Position numbers and translations under genes: made by a program | Shown here: piece by piece, positions 36,920 through 59,340 of the stretch | How the letters are laid out: each line of letters starts with the position of its first letter | How positions within the stretch are numbered: the stretch's first letter is position 1 | Source of the DNA: the human T2T-CHM13v2.0 reference genome, Homo sapiens | Strand: one strand, 5' to 3' | DNA length: 64,000 nucleotides | Assembly (NCBI RefSeq): GCF_009914755.1 | Contig: NC_060925.1 | Notes under the pieces: model-generated | Told to the model about the DNA's origin: nothing | What the model saw: only the letters and a program-made list of their open reading frames with translations | Database searches by the model: none

Positions 36920-37212
36920 GGGCCGGGCACAGTGGCTCACGCCTGTAATCCCAGCATTTGGGAGGCTGAGGCAGGCGGATCACTTGAGGTCAGGAGTTCG
37001 AGACCAGCCTGGCCAACATGGTGAAACTTCATCTCCACAGAAATAGAAAAATTAGCCAAGTGTGGTGGTGCGTGCCTGTAATCCCAGCTACCTGGGAGGC
37101 TGAGGCAAGAGACTCGCTTGAACTCAGGAAGCGGAGGTTGCAGTGAGCTGAAATCATGCCACTGCACTCCAGCAATAGAGAGACTCCGTCTCAAAAAAAA
37201 AAAAAAAAAAAA
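36920..37212 (+). mobile_element. AluS element
   Basis: Alu consensus; TSD aaggatggat. Confidence 0.93.
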
Positions 37213-37990
37213 GGATGGATGGGGGACCACATTGCCACTTGGCTGTCATAGTGGGCAGGTGGGCCTGACCCATGGAAGTCTGCACACTCCAAGATGGGGC
37301 CTGCCCATCTCAGCAGCGTCTCGGCCAAGCACTTCCTAGAACATCAGGGATGACCTCTCCCCCAACCCGTGCCTGCCCCCCAAGCTTCTCCCAGCTGCCC
37401 TCTAGTACTCTCTGGGGGGAGTCCCCTCCACTCCCTGACCCTCTGTCCCCTCTCCTTCCTTCATTTCCTGACCCATCGGGCAGCTGCCGGGGAATCCAGG
37501 GACAGCTGGGACTTGTCCATCCTCCCTGCCCACTACACTCCTCCAATCACCTGCCCCCTCTGAGGCTCCACAGAACCTCAAGCCAGCTCCTGAGGGCCAT
37601 GGTTCACTCAGGGGCCACTGATCCTTCTGGGAGGGCTTTCAGGAAGCAGAACTGAAGAAGGGAACCAGGCAGACCCAGGTTTGAGGCCGACTCTGCTTCT
37701 TAGTAGCAGTGTGACTTTGGACACAAGGCTTTCACTTCCCAGCGCCTCAGTTTCCTCATCTGTGAAATGGGGACAAGATGGTATTCACCTCATTGGCCTC
37801 TGTGAGGCTTGCAAGGACATGTCAGGGATGTATGACCACCCTTTAGCACAGCTCTCTTAGGGGCTGCCACGCCATTCAAGGAAGGGGACATGGGGACAGG
37901 AGGTCCAGTCGGAGCCTGAATGTAGGGACCGGCCTCTCCACCCCCAGCCCTGAGCCCTTCTGGGGCAACTTCCTGCCGTCTCAGGGCACT

Positions 37991-38009
37991 TGGCGCCACC
38001 TAGTGACGG
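37991..38009 (-). promoter_or_regulatory. Candidate CTCF binding site
   Basis: GCGCCACCTAGTGA (TCACTAGGTGGCGC on minus) is one mismatch from the CCACYAGRKGGCRC core. Confidence 0.65.
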
Positions 38010-39024
38010 GCGGGGGCACCAGAGGTCCTGGTAGGGGCAGGGTGGGGTGAGCTGGGGGCCCTGGGGCAGGATGGAAACCAGAGAGGGTGAGACTTGGCAA
38101 AGGAGCAGGTGTCAGCGGCTTCTCTGGGCCCTGTTTGGGGCCAGTGTGCGCCAAGAGGTCACAGCCCCCTCCCAGCCTGGAGGCCATCCTGGGAGAGCAG
38201 AACAGGACAGTGGGGGAGGCGTTGGGGGAAGGGCCACAGGGGTTGCTTCCAGAACACCTGGGCCAGCTCGGGAGTCCCCAGCAAGCCCCGCCAGCAGCAG
38301 CTCAGACACCAGCATCCCACCCAGAGAGGGAGACTGAGAGCTGGGCGGGAAGGAGTGGGGGTGGTACCTGCAGCCCCCAAGGGACTCAGCCTCCTGCCCG
38401 TTACACCAGCCCCTGCTCGGGACCGGGACGCAGGAAGCCCTGTGTGCTGAGGCTGCATGACCCTGTTCATTCATCCACGGAGTCCCTCCCTTCTACACAC
38501 ATTTGTGAGTCCTCACTGTGCCACAGGACACTGGGGACAGAGAGAACAGGACAAACGCCCACCTCTGTAGGGCTGACATTGTGTGTGACAGTGGGGAGAG
38601 GCGAGGAGGGGGCAGAATAGCAAATACTGAAAGTTCAGTCTGTTTAAAGAGCACCAACGGTTAAGGTGCCAAGGGACACCAAGCAGGGGGCAGGCGAGGA
38701 GGGAGGGTTAGAGTGGGTGACAAGGGCTAACCCCACCACCACAGCATAACCTGGTGGTTAAGGCCTTGGGCTTTGAGCTGCCAAGCTGCCTGTCTGTAAT
38801 CTAGCTTTGTGACTTTGGGTGAGCTGTTTAATCTCTCTGTGGCTGTTTCACAATTCCTAAAGTGAAGAATAAGAGCTACTCTCCACTGGGCTTGTCCCCA
38901 GGGCTGAATGAGGCCCAGAGCACAGGGAGAACCTGCGGCTTTTAGACTGGCTTCAGCTCCAGGACCCTCTGCTTTGTGGAGTGAAGGCCAGGGCTGCTTC
39001 TAAGCCCCTGCCCAACCTTCTTCA

Positions 39025-39135
39025 TCACACACACACTCACATGCACACGCACATTCTCACACACATGCACACACACATTCTCTCACACACACACAATCAG
39101 GCACACACACATGCACACCTGTGTGCACACACACT
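39025..39135. repeat. Degenerate (CA)n repeat
   Basis: Directly visible. Confidence 0.85.
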
Positions 39136-39897
39136 CAGAGCAGAGGAACACAGGGGGGCCGGGGCCCTCTGCGTATCCAGGGAGCAATGCCCAGGCAGTC
39201 TCAGGAATCAGGGCTGAGCCTGGACAGATGCGCAGGGGCCGCGTGTTGTCCTTCCTAGGGAGCCATCTGTGTATTGTCACACGTGGTGAGCGTGCAGACG
39301 TGAGCCTGTGAACATGACTGTGTGTGTGGCTGCAGGGCTGGGGGCTGCCCATGTGACCACATGCACTCTCATAGGGTCCAGGTTGCCAGGAGCGGGGCTG
39401 TGCTCTGTGCCTGCATGTGGGGGTACAGGGTCCTGAGTGGGACTGTAGTGACCACTGATTGGGGACATCATTGCAGAGGAAATGTCACTCAGCCACTCCT
39501 CTTGGCCTGTCCCTGGCCCGCCAGAGCTGAGAGTGAGAGGAATTTCCAGCCCACCCACAGGGCAGTCTCAGGGCCCAGCCCAGTGTCCTCTCTGGGATCT
39601 TCCCGTGCTTCTAGAGCTCATCCCTGGGGTCTGGGAGTCTGCTCTGACCTGAGCTGGGGTGCAGAGTCCAAAGAGGCCGCATCCAAAATCTTCTGCCATC
39701 AAATCACTGGCAGTGCTGAGATGGACTCTTTCTGCAGTGGTATCGGTGCCACCGTTCTGGGCCTGCCCTGCCTGGAAGTCTCAGGAACGTGAGGCTGCAA
39801 GATCTCAGGCAGTCTTGAGTTCTAATTTTTGGTACTGCTTCTTCATGGCTGTGTGGCTTTGGACAAGTCACACAGCTTCTCTGAGCCTCATTCTCTA

Positions 39898-40806
<909 letters not shown>

Positions 40807-41427
40807 TCATCCTCATCCAACATTTTTATTTCACAGGTGGCGAAACTGAGGTCTGGAGGCCCAGGTCATTCACAGTCCACATCGGGCCAACAGTGATTCC
40901 CTATAATGAGAGCTCAGGGAATGTGGGCAGGGAGGTAGGATCCAAGCTCGAGGGATGGATCCCTGGCTCCCAGGATTAGTGTCCATCCTCCACACCCTCC
41001 AGTCGGTCAAACAAGCCCTCTCTAAGCACTTCCAGGTTGGCCAGGACAGGAGATGAAGATGCCTGGGAGAAACAGGACCTGTGGCCTGCCACCCAGGAGC
41101 ACACAGCCTGGTGAGCAAAGCCAACAAATAGAAATCAGTAAAGTGAGCCCGTGGCCAGGGAAGCAGAGGAGCACTTGCCCTGGCCACAGGAGGTCAAGGG
41201 AGGCTTCCTAGAGGAGGAGGTGAGGCCTTCCTGGCTCCCAGCCTGTTTAAGCTAAGTCTTAAGGGATGGATCAAACATGTGTCAGAAGAATGAAGGAAGG
41301 GTACTCCAGGCAGGGGAACAGCATGGCCAAAGGTGAAGAATGTGGGAAACACCATAGCATGCTGGGAACTCCAAATATGTCTATGGAGGGAAAGGTGTGT
41401 GGGGAAATGGAGGGGTTCCGGGGAGAT

Positions 41428-42006
41428 TGTTCCAGAATCTATGGCTGCATAACACACCACTCCCAAAACTTTGTGGCCTAAAACAGCCATTTGATTATGC
41501 CCATGGGTTGTCTGGGTCAGGAATTTGAACAGGGCATGGTGGGAACAGCTTATCTCTGCTGCCTCATTCTAGGGTCTTGTCTGGGAAGACAAAGGCTGGG
41601 GGTGACTTGATAACCAGGGAATGGAATCATCCGAAGGCACATTCACTCACACAGCTGACTGTTGGCTGAGATCTCAGCCAGGCTCTTGGCTAGAACCCCA
41701 TGCACAACCTGTCTGCATGGCCTCACCACGTGGGTTATCCTGGGCTTCCTCACAGCATGGCGGCTGGGTTCCAAAGGCAAGTCCTAGGAGAACAAGACAG
41801 AAGTGCATGAAATGTTGGTGATCTAGCCTCGGAAATCAAGTAGTGTCCCTGCAGTCATGTTCCATTGGTTGAGGCATTCACAAAGTTCTGCCCAGATTCC
41901 AGGGGAGAGGATACAGAGCCCTCCACTGGAAAGGAGGACCACTGTAAGAAGAACCTATGGATGAGAGACGCTGCTGCGGCATCTTCAGAAAACACAATCG
42001 GCTACA
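41428..42006 (-). mobile_element. MLT1F/G-type MaLR LTR
   Basis: ctatggctgcataacacaccactcccaaaac...gggcttcctcacagcatggcggctgggttcc...aaaacacaatcggctaca. Confidence 0.8.
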
Positions 42007-42943
42007 AGGACCATGCACGATCTTGATTGCTGGGCTAATGGGGCTGAGTACTCCAGCACATGGGGGAAGAAAAAGAGCCAGAGATAGAGGAAAGAAGCCC
42101 AGAAAGCCCTGGGGAGTCACAGCCACCAGTCTAAGGGGCAGAAGCTGGTGTCTGGGATTAGGACTTCTTGGTTGGTCCCCAAAGGATGCCACCCAACACC
42201 ACCCCTCCTTGCATCCACACAGAGCTGGGGTTCCAGGATCCCCCACAGTCTTAGAAGGCTCTGAGGCCTGGGAGGGATGTCTTTCTGGAGTCCCTTTATC
42301 CTGGGCGGAGAACCCCTGGCTCTGGCTGACTTCTCTCTGGTCCTGGACCTTCCCAGGCACAGGTGGGAGGAGGGAGCTGCAGGGGGTGCCTCAGCTCCCC
42401 TATCCTTGCTCCTGTACCGCTGCCTCTAAAGTTGGCCCAGCATGGCTTCCAGAAGACACTGAACCTTACAGAGAGCCAGCTCTCCTCTTTGTAGTCTAAA
42501 ACAGGGACGATGCCCAGGAAGGGAAGAAAAAGGTTTCTTTCCTAGACTGTGCCAGGCTGGGTCCCATATCTCCCCTCCGGGGGTCCTACCACGGGCCTCA
42601 GGGCCAGGAAAGGGTGGCCTGCTGGCTGCAGAGCCCCTGCCTTGTCTCTCAGACTCACAGGTCCAGGTGACAGTGCTTAGCAGCCATCAGGGTCTCCCTC
42701 CCTCCACCAGGCAGCTTCTATAAGCAAGGGAGCAACTGGGGCAGAGTCTGGCCTTCCAATTTGATGGACCCAGTAACTCATTATTTGCCTAGAAGCCTGT
42801 CTCCCCATCTTCACTATGAGCCAGTAAGGGCTGGGACTGCCTGCTTCTTCTCTGTGACCCAGCACAGAGCCTGGCTCATAGTAGGTGCTTATTTAGTATG
42901 AGTTGAGTGAATAAACAAATGAATCTTTTAAACTTTTATATTC

Positions 42944-43277
<334 letters not shown>

Positions 43278-43894
43278 TTACATAGCACTTGGCACATAAT
43301 AGGTGATCAATAGGTGTTTGTTGAATGAACACATGAATGAATGAAGTGGATTTTCTTCTTCTCTGGATCCCTAATGCCCAGCAAAATTCCTGGCACAGAG
43401 TAAGTGTTCAGGACTTGTTGAATTGAAATGACAAACTGAAACCCCTGTGAGGCAGCCCTATCTGGTCCAAAGAGGACTTCTGTGACAGGCTGTCACTTAG
43501 CCTGGCCACGGAGCCCCCGCCTCAGCATCCCAGCAGGGCTTGGGTTCTGGGTGCTGTGGCCACTCTCTTCCCACCTCCACCCTCCACCACATCCCGGAGT
43601 GGGTGGAGCCTCCTCTCCCTGGTACAGGAACAGGTGGGTCAGAAGCAGGAGGGAGAGAAGGGAGGGGCAGACAGATGGATGGACAGACAGACACCACTGC
43701 GATGGGCCTTCCCCGTACAGGTGGCACGAGGGCTCCAGTCGGCATCTCCGGAGGCCCCTCCCCTGCTCCCTAGGGGTGTCCCAGTGGAAAGGGCTCCCCT
43801 GAAGGCCCCTGCCTGAAGGCCCCTTTTGCTTCCCAACCCTCAGTGCACTCAGTAGACTGGGGAGGGGGGCAAGCAGAGGGGAAGACAGAATTCT

Positions 43895-44220
43895 TCCTGG
43901 CAGTTTAAAGAGTTTTGGCATTTTCACGAGGGCACATGTAATATTTAAATTACTTCCCCCCCGGCACGCCCGCATGCCTGCCTTGGCTTCCCAGGTGAAT
44001 TTGTAGGCGCTGAAATGGTCTAATTTCCCACACAAGCCATGTCAAATATAATTTGGGTGCAAAGTTGGTAATTATACGTAACATCAGTCTGATGTTAAAA
44101 ACACTGAAAAATTTAGCAAGAAGAGACGACTGGAGAGACAGAAGTCTGAGGCCCAGCCAGGAAAAGGCAGGCCTGGGCCCCGCCGAAGCCAAAGTCTTTA
44201 ATTAATAATAGCATGTTTTC
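43895..44220. promoter_or_regulatory. AT-rich CNE-like block containing a 19-bp palindrome
   Basis: TAATTT, TAATTA, TTTAATTAA and TTGGCA motifs; TAACATCAG-T-CTGATGTTA at 44079-44097. Confidence 0.5.
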
Positions 44221-45253
44221 AGGGACTCAAAGGACGCAGGTCCCCAACTGTCTGAAACTCCTTTGTCTACCAATTACCAGCTTTTGGGGAGGGGAGAGCC
44301 AGGGAGGAAGTGGGCGGGGGACACCCAGATCTTGGCGGAGAACTGCTGGGGTTTGGGTGGGGGCTGCAGCCCACCTGTGGGCCAGCGTCCTGTGGCCAGG
44401 CAACCCCACCCTGCTCCTCTGTCACCAGAGACCAACCCTGATGGGCCCAGGGTCAGGGAGGAGGGGCTCATCCCCCTTGAGTCTGGGTCAATTGTGAGGT
44501 GGGGGTGAGCAACGTTGGACTAGAGGCCAAGCAGTCCCAGAGGTTCAGAGAGTCTGAAAACTGTGTCCAGGACCCTCTTGATTTAGGTGATGCCTTTTTC
44601 ATCTCTTTTCAAAGAACTCAATCAATCTTTTTGGGAAGACAGGAACCACATATTTCTTGTGAAGACAAGGACACGCCCTTGTGTCCCTGGCACCTGGCAC
44701 ATAGTAGGTGCTCAACAAACATTTGTTAAATGAATGCACTGTGCAAAACAAGGTCTAATCTGTCCTCCCCTGCCCTCTGTAGATGGAGTAAGACCCTCCT
44801 CCACCACCACCGCCTGAGGAACAGCACAGTAGAGGTCAGAAAGGTTAAGGGGCAGGCACAGAGCCTGGAGTAGAACCATGATTCCATACTTACCGGTTAC
44901 CAAAACTCTGCCTCAGTTTCCTTGTCTGTAAAACGGGCACAGTAATAGATCTACCTCCTAGGATCGCTGTGACTTCTGAGTGGGAGACTTCGCAGGAAGC
45001 ACTCTGAACAGTCCCCGGCAGGTAGCTCGTGTTTTGCTCCAGGAGGTGGATAAGGTGCAGCTTTGCAGAACAGCTCCCCAAATGGGGTTTCCGGAGGCTG
45101 TGGGAGGAGGGACAAGGAGAGAACAAGCAGCCGGCAGGGCAGAGGAACCTGGAGTGAAGAAACACATGTCCAATGGTTGCTTTAGTAAAGCTTCTGCTGT
45201 TGGGGGTGTGAAATGAAACTTCTTCCTTGATTCTCCAAGAAACCGTCCACAAA

Positions 45254-45693
<440 letters not shown>

Positions 45694-46254
45694 TCAACAA
45701 AATCTCCTCTTCTCTCTTGTGCTCACGTTATGGAATCATGTCTATTTGGGATGTGTGGCTTCCAGGCGGGCAAGAGCAGGCACAGATGAGACCGGCGAGG
45801 TGGGTACTATCATGTTTTGTGTATTGTTGATGTGAAAGCGAGCCTCAGAGAGGTTCAGTGGTGTGCCCACACTTCACACTTTAGCACAGCGGGTTTATCT
45901 TCAGACAACAGGCTCTTAACCCTCTGTGTTCCACTGGCAGATTCTGCCAAACAGTAACAAAAACAGTAGCTGGCATGAAGCACTTATTGAGAGCCAGCTG
46001 CCACACTAAAGCCCTTCATGTGGTTTAACCCATTTCATCTTCTCAACAGCCCTGGAGCAAGGGGTGGTACTATTTCCTATCCCCGTTTTACAGATGAGGA
46101 AGCTGTGGCCCAGTGGGGTTAAATCACTTTCCCCAGATCACAGGACATAGGAAGTGGAACAAAACACAGGCTGGACCCCCAGTGCCCTTAACTGTGACGA
46201 GATCACCTCCATCCAACCTTGCCCTTACCCTGCACCCCTGCCCCAGCTAAACCT

Positions 46255-47970
<1,716 letters not shown>

Positions 47971-48419
47971 TCAGGAAGAGCTCCTCTGTTTCCTCATCCT
48001 CAGCCCCCTAAACCTGCACCATCCACCCAGCACACACCCCCCACAGCAAGTGGGGCTATTCACACACCTCCCCACAGCCAGTGGGGCTATTATGGGATAC
48101 CCACGTGGGAGAAGAAGGACGTGGAGGAAAGACCGACAAGGGGCTGGCCCAGGCCACAGCTACCTGTCGCCATTGGTGGCTGAGCAGGGCTCAGAGGTCA
48201 TCTTTGCCCTGGGACAGGCAGGGAGGCAGGACCGTGCTTCCAAGAAAGGCAGTAGGGGAACAGCAACTGGGAACCAGACGAGAGGTCTCCCGTCTAGCCA
48301 GTTCCTCACACAGGCTCCCTGGGCCAACCACCCAGGCAAGTCAGGACAACACCTCCCCTCCATGACTCCGTTTCCTTATTTCAAGAATAAAGAGAATAAT
48401 CTCGCCCCACCTCACCTTG

Positions 48420-48900
48420 TATGCATTATTGTGTATTTTTTTTTTTTTTACTTTTAGATTAAAGTAGTAACTGCTCAAGGCAAAGAATTCAAACAGATCA
48501 GAAGCATGTGAAGTGAAGTGTCTTTTAGAGATCCACTGATAATAGTTTCTTGTGTGTGGTTCCAGACAATTTTTTTTTTGGCGTGTACAAACATGCATCT
48601 GTATATACTTTTAAAAAAATAGGATAGCATATATGATTGCAATTTGTTGTTTAATTTAGTAATGTATCATGGGTATCCTTCCACAGAAGTCCGTAATGAT
48701 CTATCTCATTCTATTTGAAGTCTGTGTAATATTCCACAGTATGGAGAGACCATATTTTATTTAGCCATTCTCCTATGGATAGACATTCCGGTAGGTTTTC
48801 ATTTTTTTCCTGCAATAGACAACGATTCAATGAACATTCTTATTCTGAATACTTCAGCAAGTATATACAGAGGTAAATTCTTGGAAGTGGCTTTGAACCT
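48420..48900 (-). mobile_element. Degraded L1ME-type fragment
   Basis: aatattccacagtatgg...ttatttagccattctcctatggatagacatt. Confidence 0.65.
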
Positions 48901-49272
48901 CACCCCCGACTTTCCATCTTGTTTTATGAGAGATTGACAGGTTGGAGTTCTGCAATATATATGGATCTTCAATGAGAAGTGACAAGCTGATGACAATCAG
49001 GGCTGCCACGGATTTTGCACCACAGTGAGAAGGATTTCAGGTAGAAACTGATGAACACCACCTGCCTCATTTCCATGATCACCACCAGCACTAACCCCAG
49101 CATCAACTGTAACCTCTAACTCACACGACTGTTCCCTCCAACCTCACCACCCGCACTGGTGCCATCCCCATAACCACCAACAGCACCATTTCCAGAGCAG
49201 TCGGTGTTCTCAGTTGCAAACAACAGAAGCCATCCTGGTTTAAGTGGAAAGGTATTATAAAAGGGTATTAGG

Positions 49273-49548
49273 GGCCGGGCGCGGTCGCTCATGCCTGTAA
49301 TCCCAACACTTTGGGAGGCTGAGGCGGGCGGATCACGAGGTCAGGAGATCGAGATCATCCTGACTAACATGGTGAAACCCTGTCTCTACTAAAAATACAA
49401 AAAATTAGCCAGGCATGGTGGTGGGCGCCTGTAGTCCCAGCTACTCAGGAGGCTGAGGCAGGAGAATCACTTGAACCTGGGAGGCAGAGGTTGCAGTGAG
49501 CCAAGATCATGCCACTGCACTCCAAACAAACAAACAAACAAACAAAAA
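49273..49548 (+). mobile_element. Alu, 3'-truncated, ending in (CAAA)n
   Basis: Alu consensus to ctgcactcc, then aaacaaac. Confidence 0.9.
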
Positions 49549-49559
49549 CACCTACCCTC

Positions 49560-50315
49560 ACATACACCTTGGACACTGAAGACTGAAGCTATCTCCCTTC
49601 AAACAAATGACAGTGTACAAAAAGACTGTATTATTCCATTGTCTCCGTGCTATTCTGGGAGACTCTTGCCCACACAAATGACTTGATTGTGCATTAGAGA
49701 AACTTCCCATAAGACCCACCAATTCCTCAGTGGGAAGTATTGACAGGCAGCACCCTGAGATTCTTAGACTGCCCTGTGTCACAGACCCTCACCTTGCTGC
49801 CTCCACCAATCCTGGACTGTTTGGTTGTGACCCTAACACAATCCTGATTTTTGTTGTTGTTGTTTTGTTTTTGAGACAGAGTCTCGCTCTGTCACCCAGG
49901 CTAGAGTGCAGCAGTGCCTCAGCCTCCTGAGTAGCTGGGACTACAGCCCAACCCCCAACCATGCCCGGCTAATTTTTGTATTTTTAGTAGAGACGGGGTT
50001 TCACCATGTTGGCCAGGCTGGTCTTGAACTCCTGACCTCAAGTGATCCACCAGCCTCGGCCACCCAAAGTGCTGGGATTACAGGTGTGAGCCACCGCGCC
50101 CAGCTCCTAACACAATCCTAATCAAACTCCTGCATGGAAAGACCCTCCTTAAACCAAACTTCCAGTTCTAATGGATTCCGACTTTGCCTTCCCACTTCGA
50201 AATAGTGACAAAGCCCTGTCCATGTGATGTTCTCCCTTCCTATAGTAAGCAATAAACCCAGCTTTGTCTTATCAACAGGTTGCACTGGCGGTATTTGGGG
50301 AGCCATCATTTGACA
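49560..50315 (+). mobile_element. ERV1-type LTR (LTR37-like) with an internally deleted Alu (-49848-50105)
   Basis: AATAAA followed by terminal ...tttggggagccatcatttgaca; Alu TSD cctaacacaatcct. Confidence 0.6.
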
Positions 50316-50339
50316 AGAGTAAGACAAAAATAAAACAAC

Positions 50340-51726
<1,387 letters not shown>

Positions 51727-51989
51727 GCTTGACTACCGAGCAGCACTTAGAGATTTTGGGAGTTCTGTATCTTGATTGTGGTGGTAGCTACATGACCGTG
51801 TAAATTTGTTAAGGTATGTAGAACTATATGCATAAAAGAAGTAAATTCTACTATGTGTAAATATTACTTCAATTCACCTGAAAAATGGGGCACTAGGTAA
51901 CTTACGAACTCTCTAGAGGTGCCACAGGATCAGACTTGGAGGCCAGACTAGCACCCAGGGATGCTCTGGAAGAGTGACTTCAGCTGCTG

Positions 51990-52290
51990 TTGCTGAGCAC
52001 AGGGATGGCGGTTGAAGCCACTCTAAGTTGTCAGGAATGCCCCTGCCAGGACACCACCACTGCTGCCTCTGAAATCTGGCTGTCCCATTCCTAAGCTCCA
52101 TCAGCACAGAGCCTGCCCACACCTCTTCCAAATAGAAATCCTGATTGGTGGAGACCAGGTCACATGGGCACACTCTAGCTGCAAGGGAGGCTGGCAAAGT
52201 GAATTTCTGACTTCTACCTTGGGGGAGCAGGACTCCTACTGGGACAGATGCCTCCACTCTAAAAAGAGGGTTCACAGGGCGTTGGGTAGC
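51990..52290 (-). mobile_element. MLT1-type LTR fragment
   Basis: ctgattgg...aggtcacatgggcacactctagctgcaagggaggctgg. Confidence 0.6.
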
Positions 52291-52645
52291 CCATGAGCAT
52301 GAAAACTGTTCCCTACAATGACCACGAGTTACGGTCACCAGCACATCACCACTGCACCAGCATTGTCATGGTTATTGTCAGGAAGCCTGGCCCTGGCCCT
52401 TCTGTGTTCAGGGGCACTGTTAGACACCCACATGGGACAGGTGTGGGGTGGGCCCCTTCCCGGAGGAGCATACTTTCAGGTTGGAAGGCCCAGTCACCCA
52501 CCCTGCAGGACAGTGTATGCTCAGCTGCTGTCAGGGAAAATGAGACCAAACATGGGAGGGTGAACCCAAGAGAGAGAGTGTGTTCCAGGCATTGGAGAGG
52601 AACAGGGAGGCTTTCCAGAGAAGGCAGTATTTCAGCTGAGCTTTA

Positions 52646-54350
<1,705 letters not shown>

Positions 54351-54369
54351 ATGTTTTAATTAAAATATT

Positions 54370-55900
<1,531 letters not shown>

Positions 55901-55904
55901 ATTT

Positions 55905-56615
<711 letters not shown>

Positions 56616-56634
56616 GATTTAGAAAGCTCTATAC

Positions 56635-56835
56635 CAAGCTTATCCAACCTGTGGCATGGGATGGCTTTGAATGCAGCCCAATACAAATTCATAAACTTTC
56701 TTAAAACATTATGAGATTTTTTGTGATTTTTTTTTTTTAGCTCATCAGCTATCATTAGTGTTAGTGTATTTTATGTGTGGCCCAAGACAGTTCTTCTTCC
56801 ACTGTGGCCCAGGGAAGCCAAAAGACTGGATACCT
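56635..56835 (+). mobile_element. MER30 (hAT-Charlie)
   Basis: ggatggctttgaatgcagcccaatacaaattc...gtggcccagggaagccaaaagactgga. Confidence 0.85.
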
Positions 56836-56999
56836 TAGCTTACCAAATCTAGCAGAAGTTGCCATGAGGAAGGGAGTGACTGGGGCCAGTCCAGGCAAAG
56901 GGGTCTTTCATGTTTTACTCTCTATGCCTCTGTGGGGTTTGTAATTTTTGCAATGAGTGCTTTTAAGTGACTTACTTGATTTTAAAAAACCCATTTACT

Positions 57000-57082
57000 G
57001 TATGTATGTGTGTGTGTGTGTGTGTGTATATATATGTGTGTGTGTATATATATATGTGTGTGTATGTATATATGTATATATA
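57000..57082. repeat. (TG)n/(TA)n compound microsatellite
   Basis: Directly visible. Confidence 0.95.
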
Positions 57083-57317
57083 AAATTCAGAGTGGCCCCA
57101 GGAGTAGAGTGTTAGAAGGTGTCCATGAGGGAGGGGTTGGGATCTGGGGAGGCCTGAGGAGGCGGGCGGGTGTGGCCACAGGCAGTACCCTATTAGATCC
57201 AGTGCTGAGTGCAGCTGGGGAGGGTGTCTAAGTTGGATAACTGCTCACTGGGAGAGGGAGTTATAATCCACCACATTAAATACTGGGAGCTCTAACCCAG
57301 TGTCAGAACCCAGAGAA

Positions 57318-57733
<416 letters not shown>

Positions 57734-59099
57734 CTACTGTGAAGCACCCTCTGGACCCCAAGCATCCCCAGGCCTGCAAGCTGAGCGAGGGAGGGTTGGA
57801 CTGGGCTGGGGGCTGTTGTCCCCTGACCCCCACATCCACATCCACATAGGTCCTGCACAGCCCTCTCCCCAGAAACTGGCCTAGGGCACCACAGGAGCAG
57901 TTATGCAAATCGCCTCCAGGTGTGGCTCTCATTACCTTTTGGCGGCTGGGGCTGCAGAACGCCCTGATGCCACACTGGGCCGGATTTTGGAGGAGCGGGG
58001 AGGAACAAACAGCCTGCGCCCTTCTCTTCCCCCAACTACAGCTTCAGTGGAAAAGAAAAACATCTCTCTGGAAGAGCCCCCAAAACCTCATCACATCTGG
58101 TTCCCATCGGCCCCGTTTGGTTCTAATCATCCTGCTTCCTGCTACCGTCTCTGGGTGCCCCCAACCCCTGCCAAGTTGTGGGAACAGCCCCCACCCCTTC
58201 CCTCAGCCTTCAGCAAATCCTGCTCAGTGGGGTCCCTGACAGCTTCATTCAGACATGGAAGACTGGTGCTCAGGAGCCCGCGGGTGGCTGTGGTCCTGGA
58301 CAGCGCAGCTCTAGATTGAAAGGCTGTGTCAGGGGTGGGTTCCAAGTGTCCCCCTGCAGTCCTGGGGATGCTTGGGGTCTATCCAGGCTCCAGAGGGTCC
58401 TGGGCTCACCATGAATGTGATGGATCATCTCGCTGCCCCCGGATGTTTCCCCAGACCTTTCCTCTGGCTGTTCCCGCAGCTTGGGGGCCTGTGCTTTCAT
58501 AGTGCCCACACACAGCCTGCCAGGTCCCACCCAGACCTCCAGGAACCCTGCTGTCCCCTAGGCCTGGTTCCCCTCACCTCTTGGGGTGGGCCTTCCCGTG
58601 CATCAGGCACTGTGTTGGGCTACCTGCTCCCCACCGCCACCTCCCACCAACCCTCCCTGGGAGGTCCTTGGTAACCAGGAGTAAACCAGAGGCTCTGTCT
58701 GTCCTGAGAGCACAGAAGCAAGACAAAGTAGTATTTACCTGGAGGGCGTTTCTCTTCAAAGCCACTTCCAGAGGCCCCAGGGCCTCAGGGACAGAGCTGG
58801 GATAGGGTAGGGTAAGGGTGGGTGTGTCATGGAGCAAACAGATGATGGGTGGCAGGCGAGGCCAGGAGACGAAGCCCAGAAAGCAGGGACTCCAGGCGCT
58901 GCCCAAGCGGACCCAGAGAAACGATTTGGAGGGAAAGTCACAGAATCCCTCCGCTCTCCCCTCCAGGTGGTGGCAGCTTGGGACCGGCTGGGAGTGCATC
59001 TCTCTCTCCAGGGCAGGACACTGCCTTCAGCCCTCGCAGGTGCTGCTGTCAGGACCAGGTGACACGTGATGGACAGCATTTGTCCCGAATTATAACTAA

Positions 59100-59340
59100 T
59101 CATTACCAGGTTGCACGCACTATGCGCAAAGCTCTGCCCCACCTGAGTCGGGTGTGTTAACTCCCTTCATCCTCACAGAAACCCAAGAGGGAGCTGCTTC
59201 CATGGTAATGATAATTATTATCATCCCCATTTCACAGATGAGAAAACTGAGGCATAAATAGGTTAAGTAACTCTCCCAAGGTCATACAACCAGGAAGCAG
59301 CGAAGCCAGGATGTGGACCCAGGAGCCACTTACCACTCCC
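59100..59340 (-). mobile_element. MIR SINE
   Basis: ccccatttcacagatgagaaaactgaggc...ggttaagtaact...ccaaggtcatacaac. Confidence 0.85.

Noticed and set aside
38680-38695. Additional CTCF-like motifs (CAAGCAGGGGGCAG here; CCAGCAGGGGTCAG at ~62042)
   Set aside because: Mismatches at high-information positions; such matches are common in GC-rich DNA.
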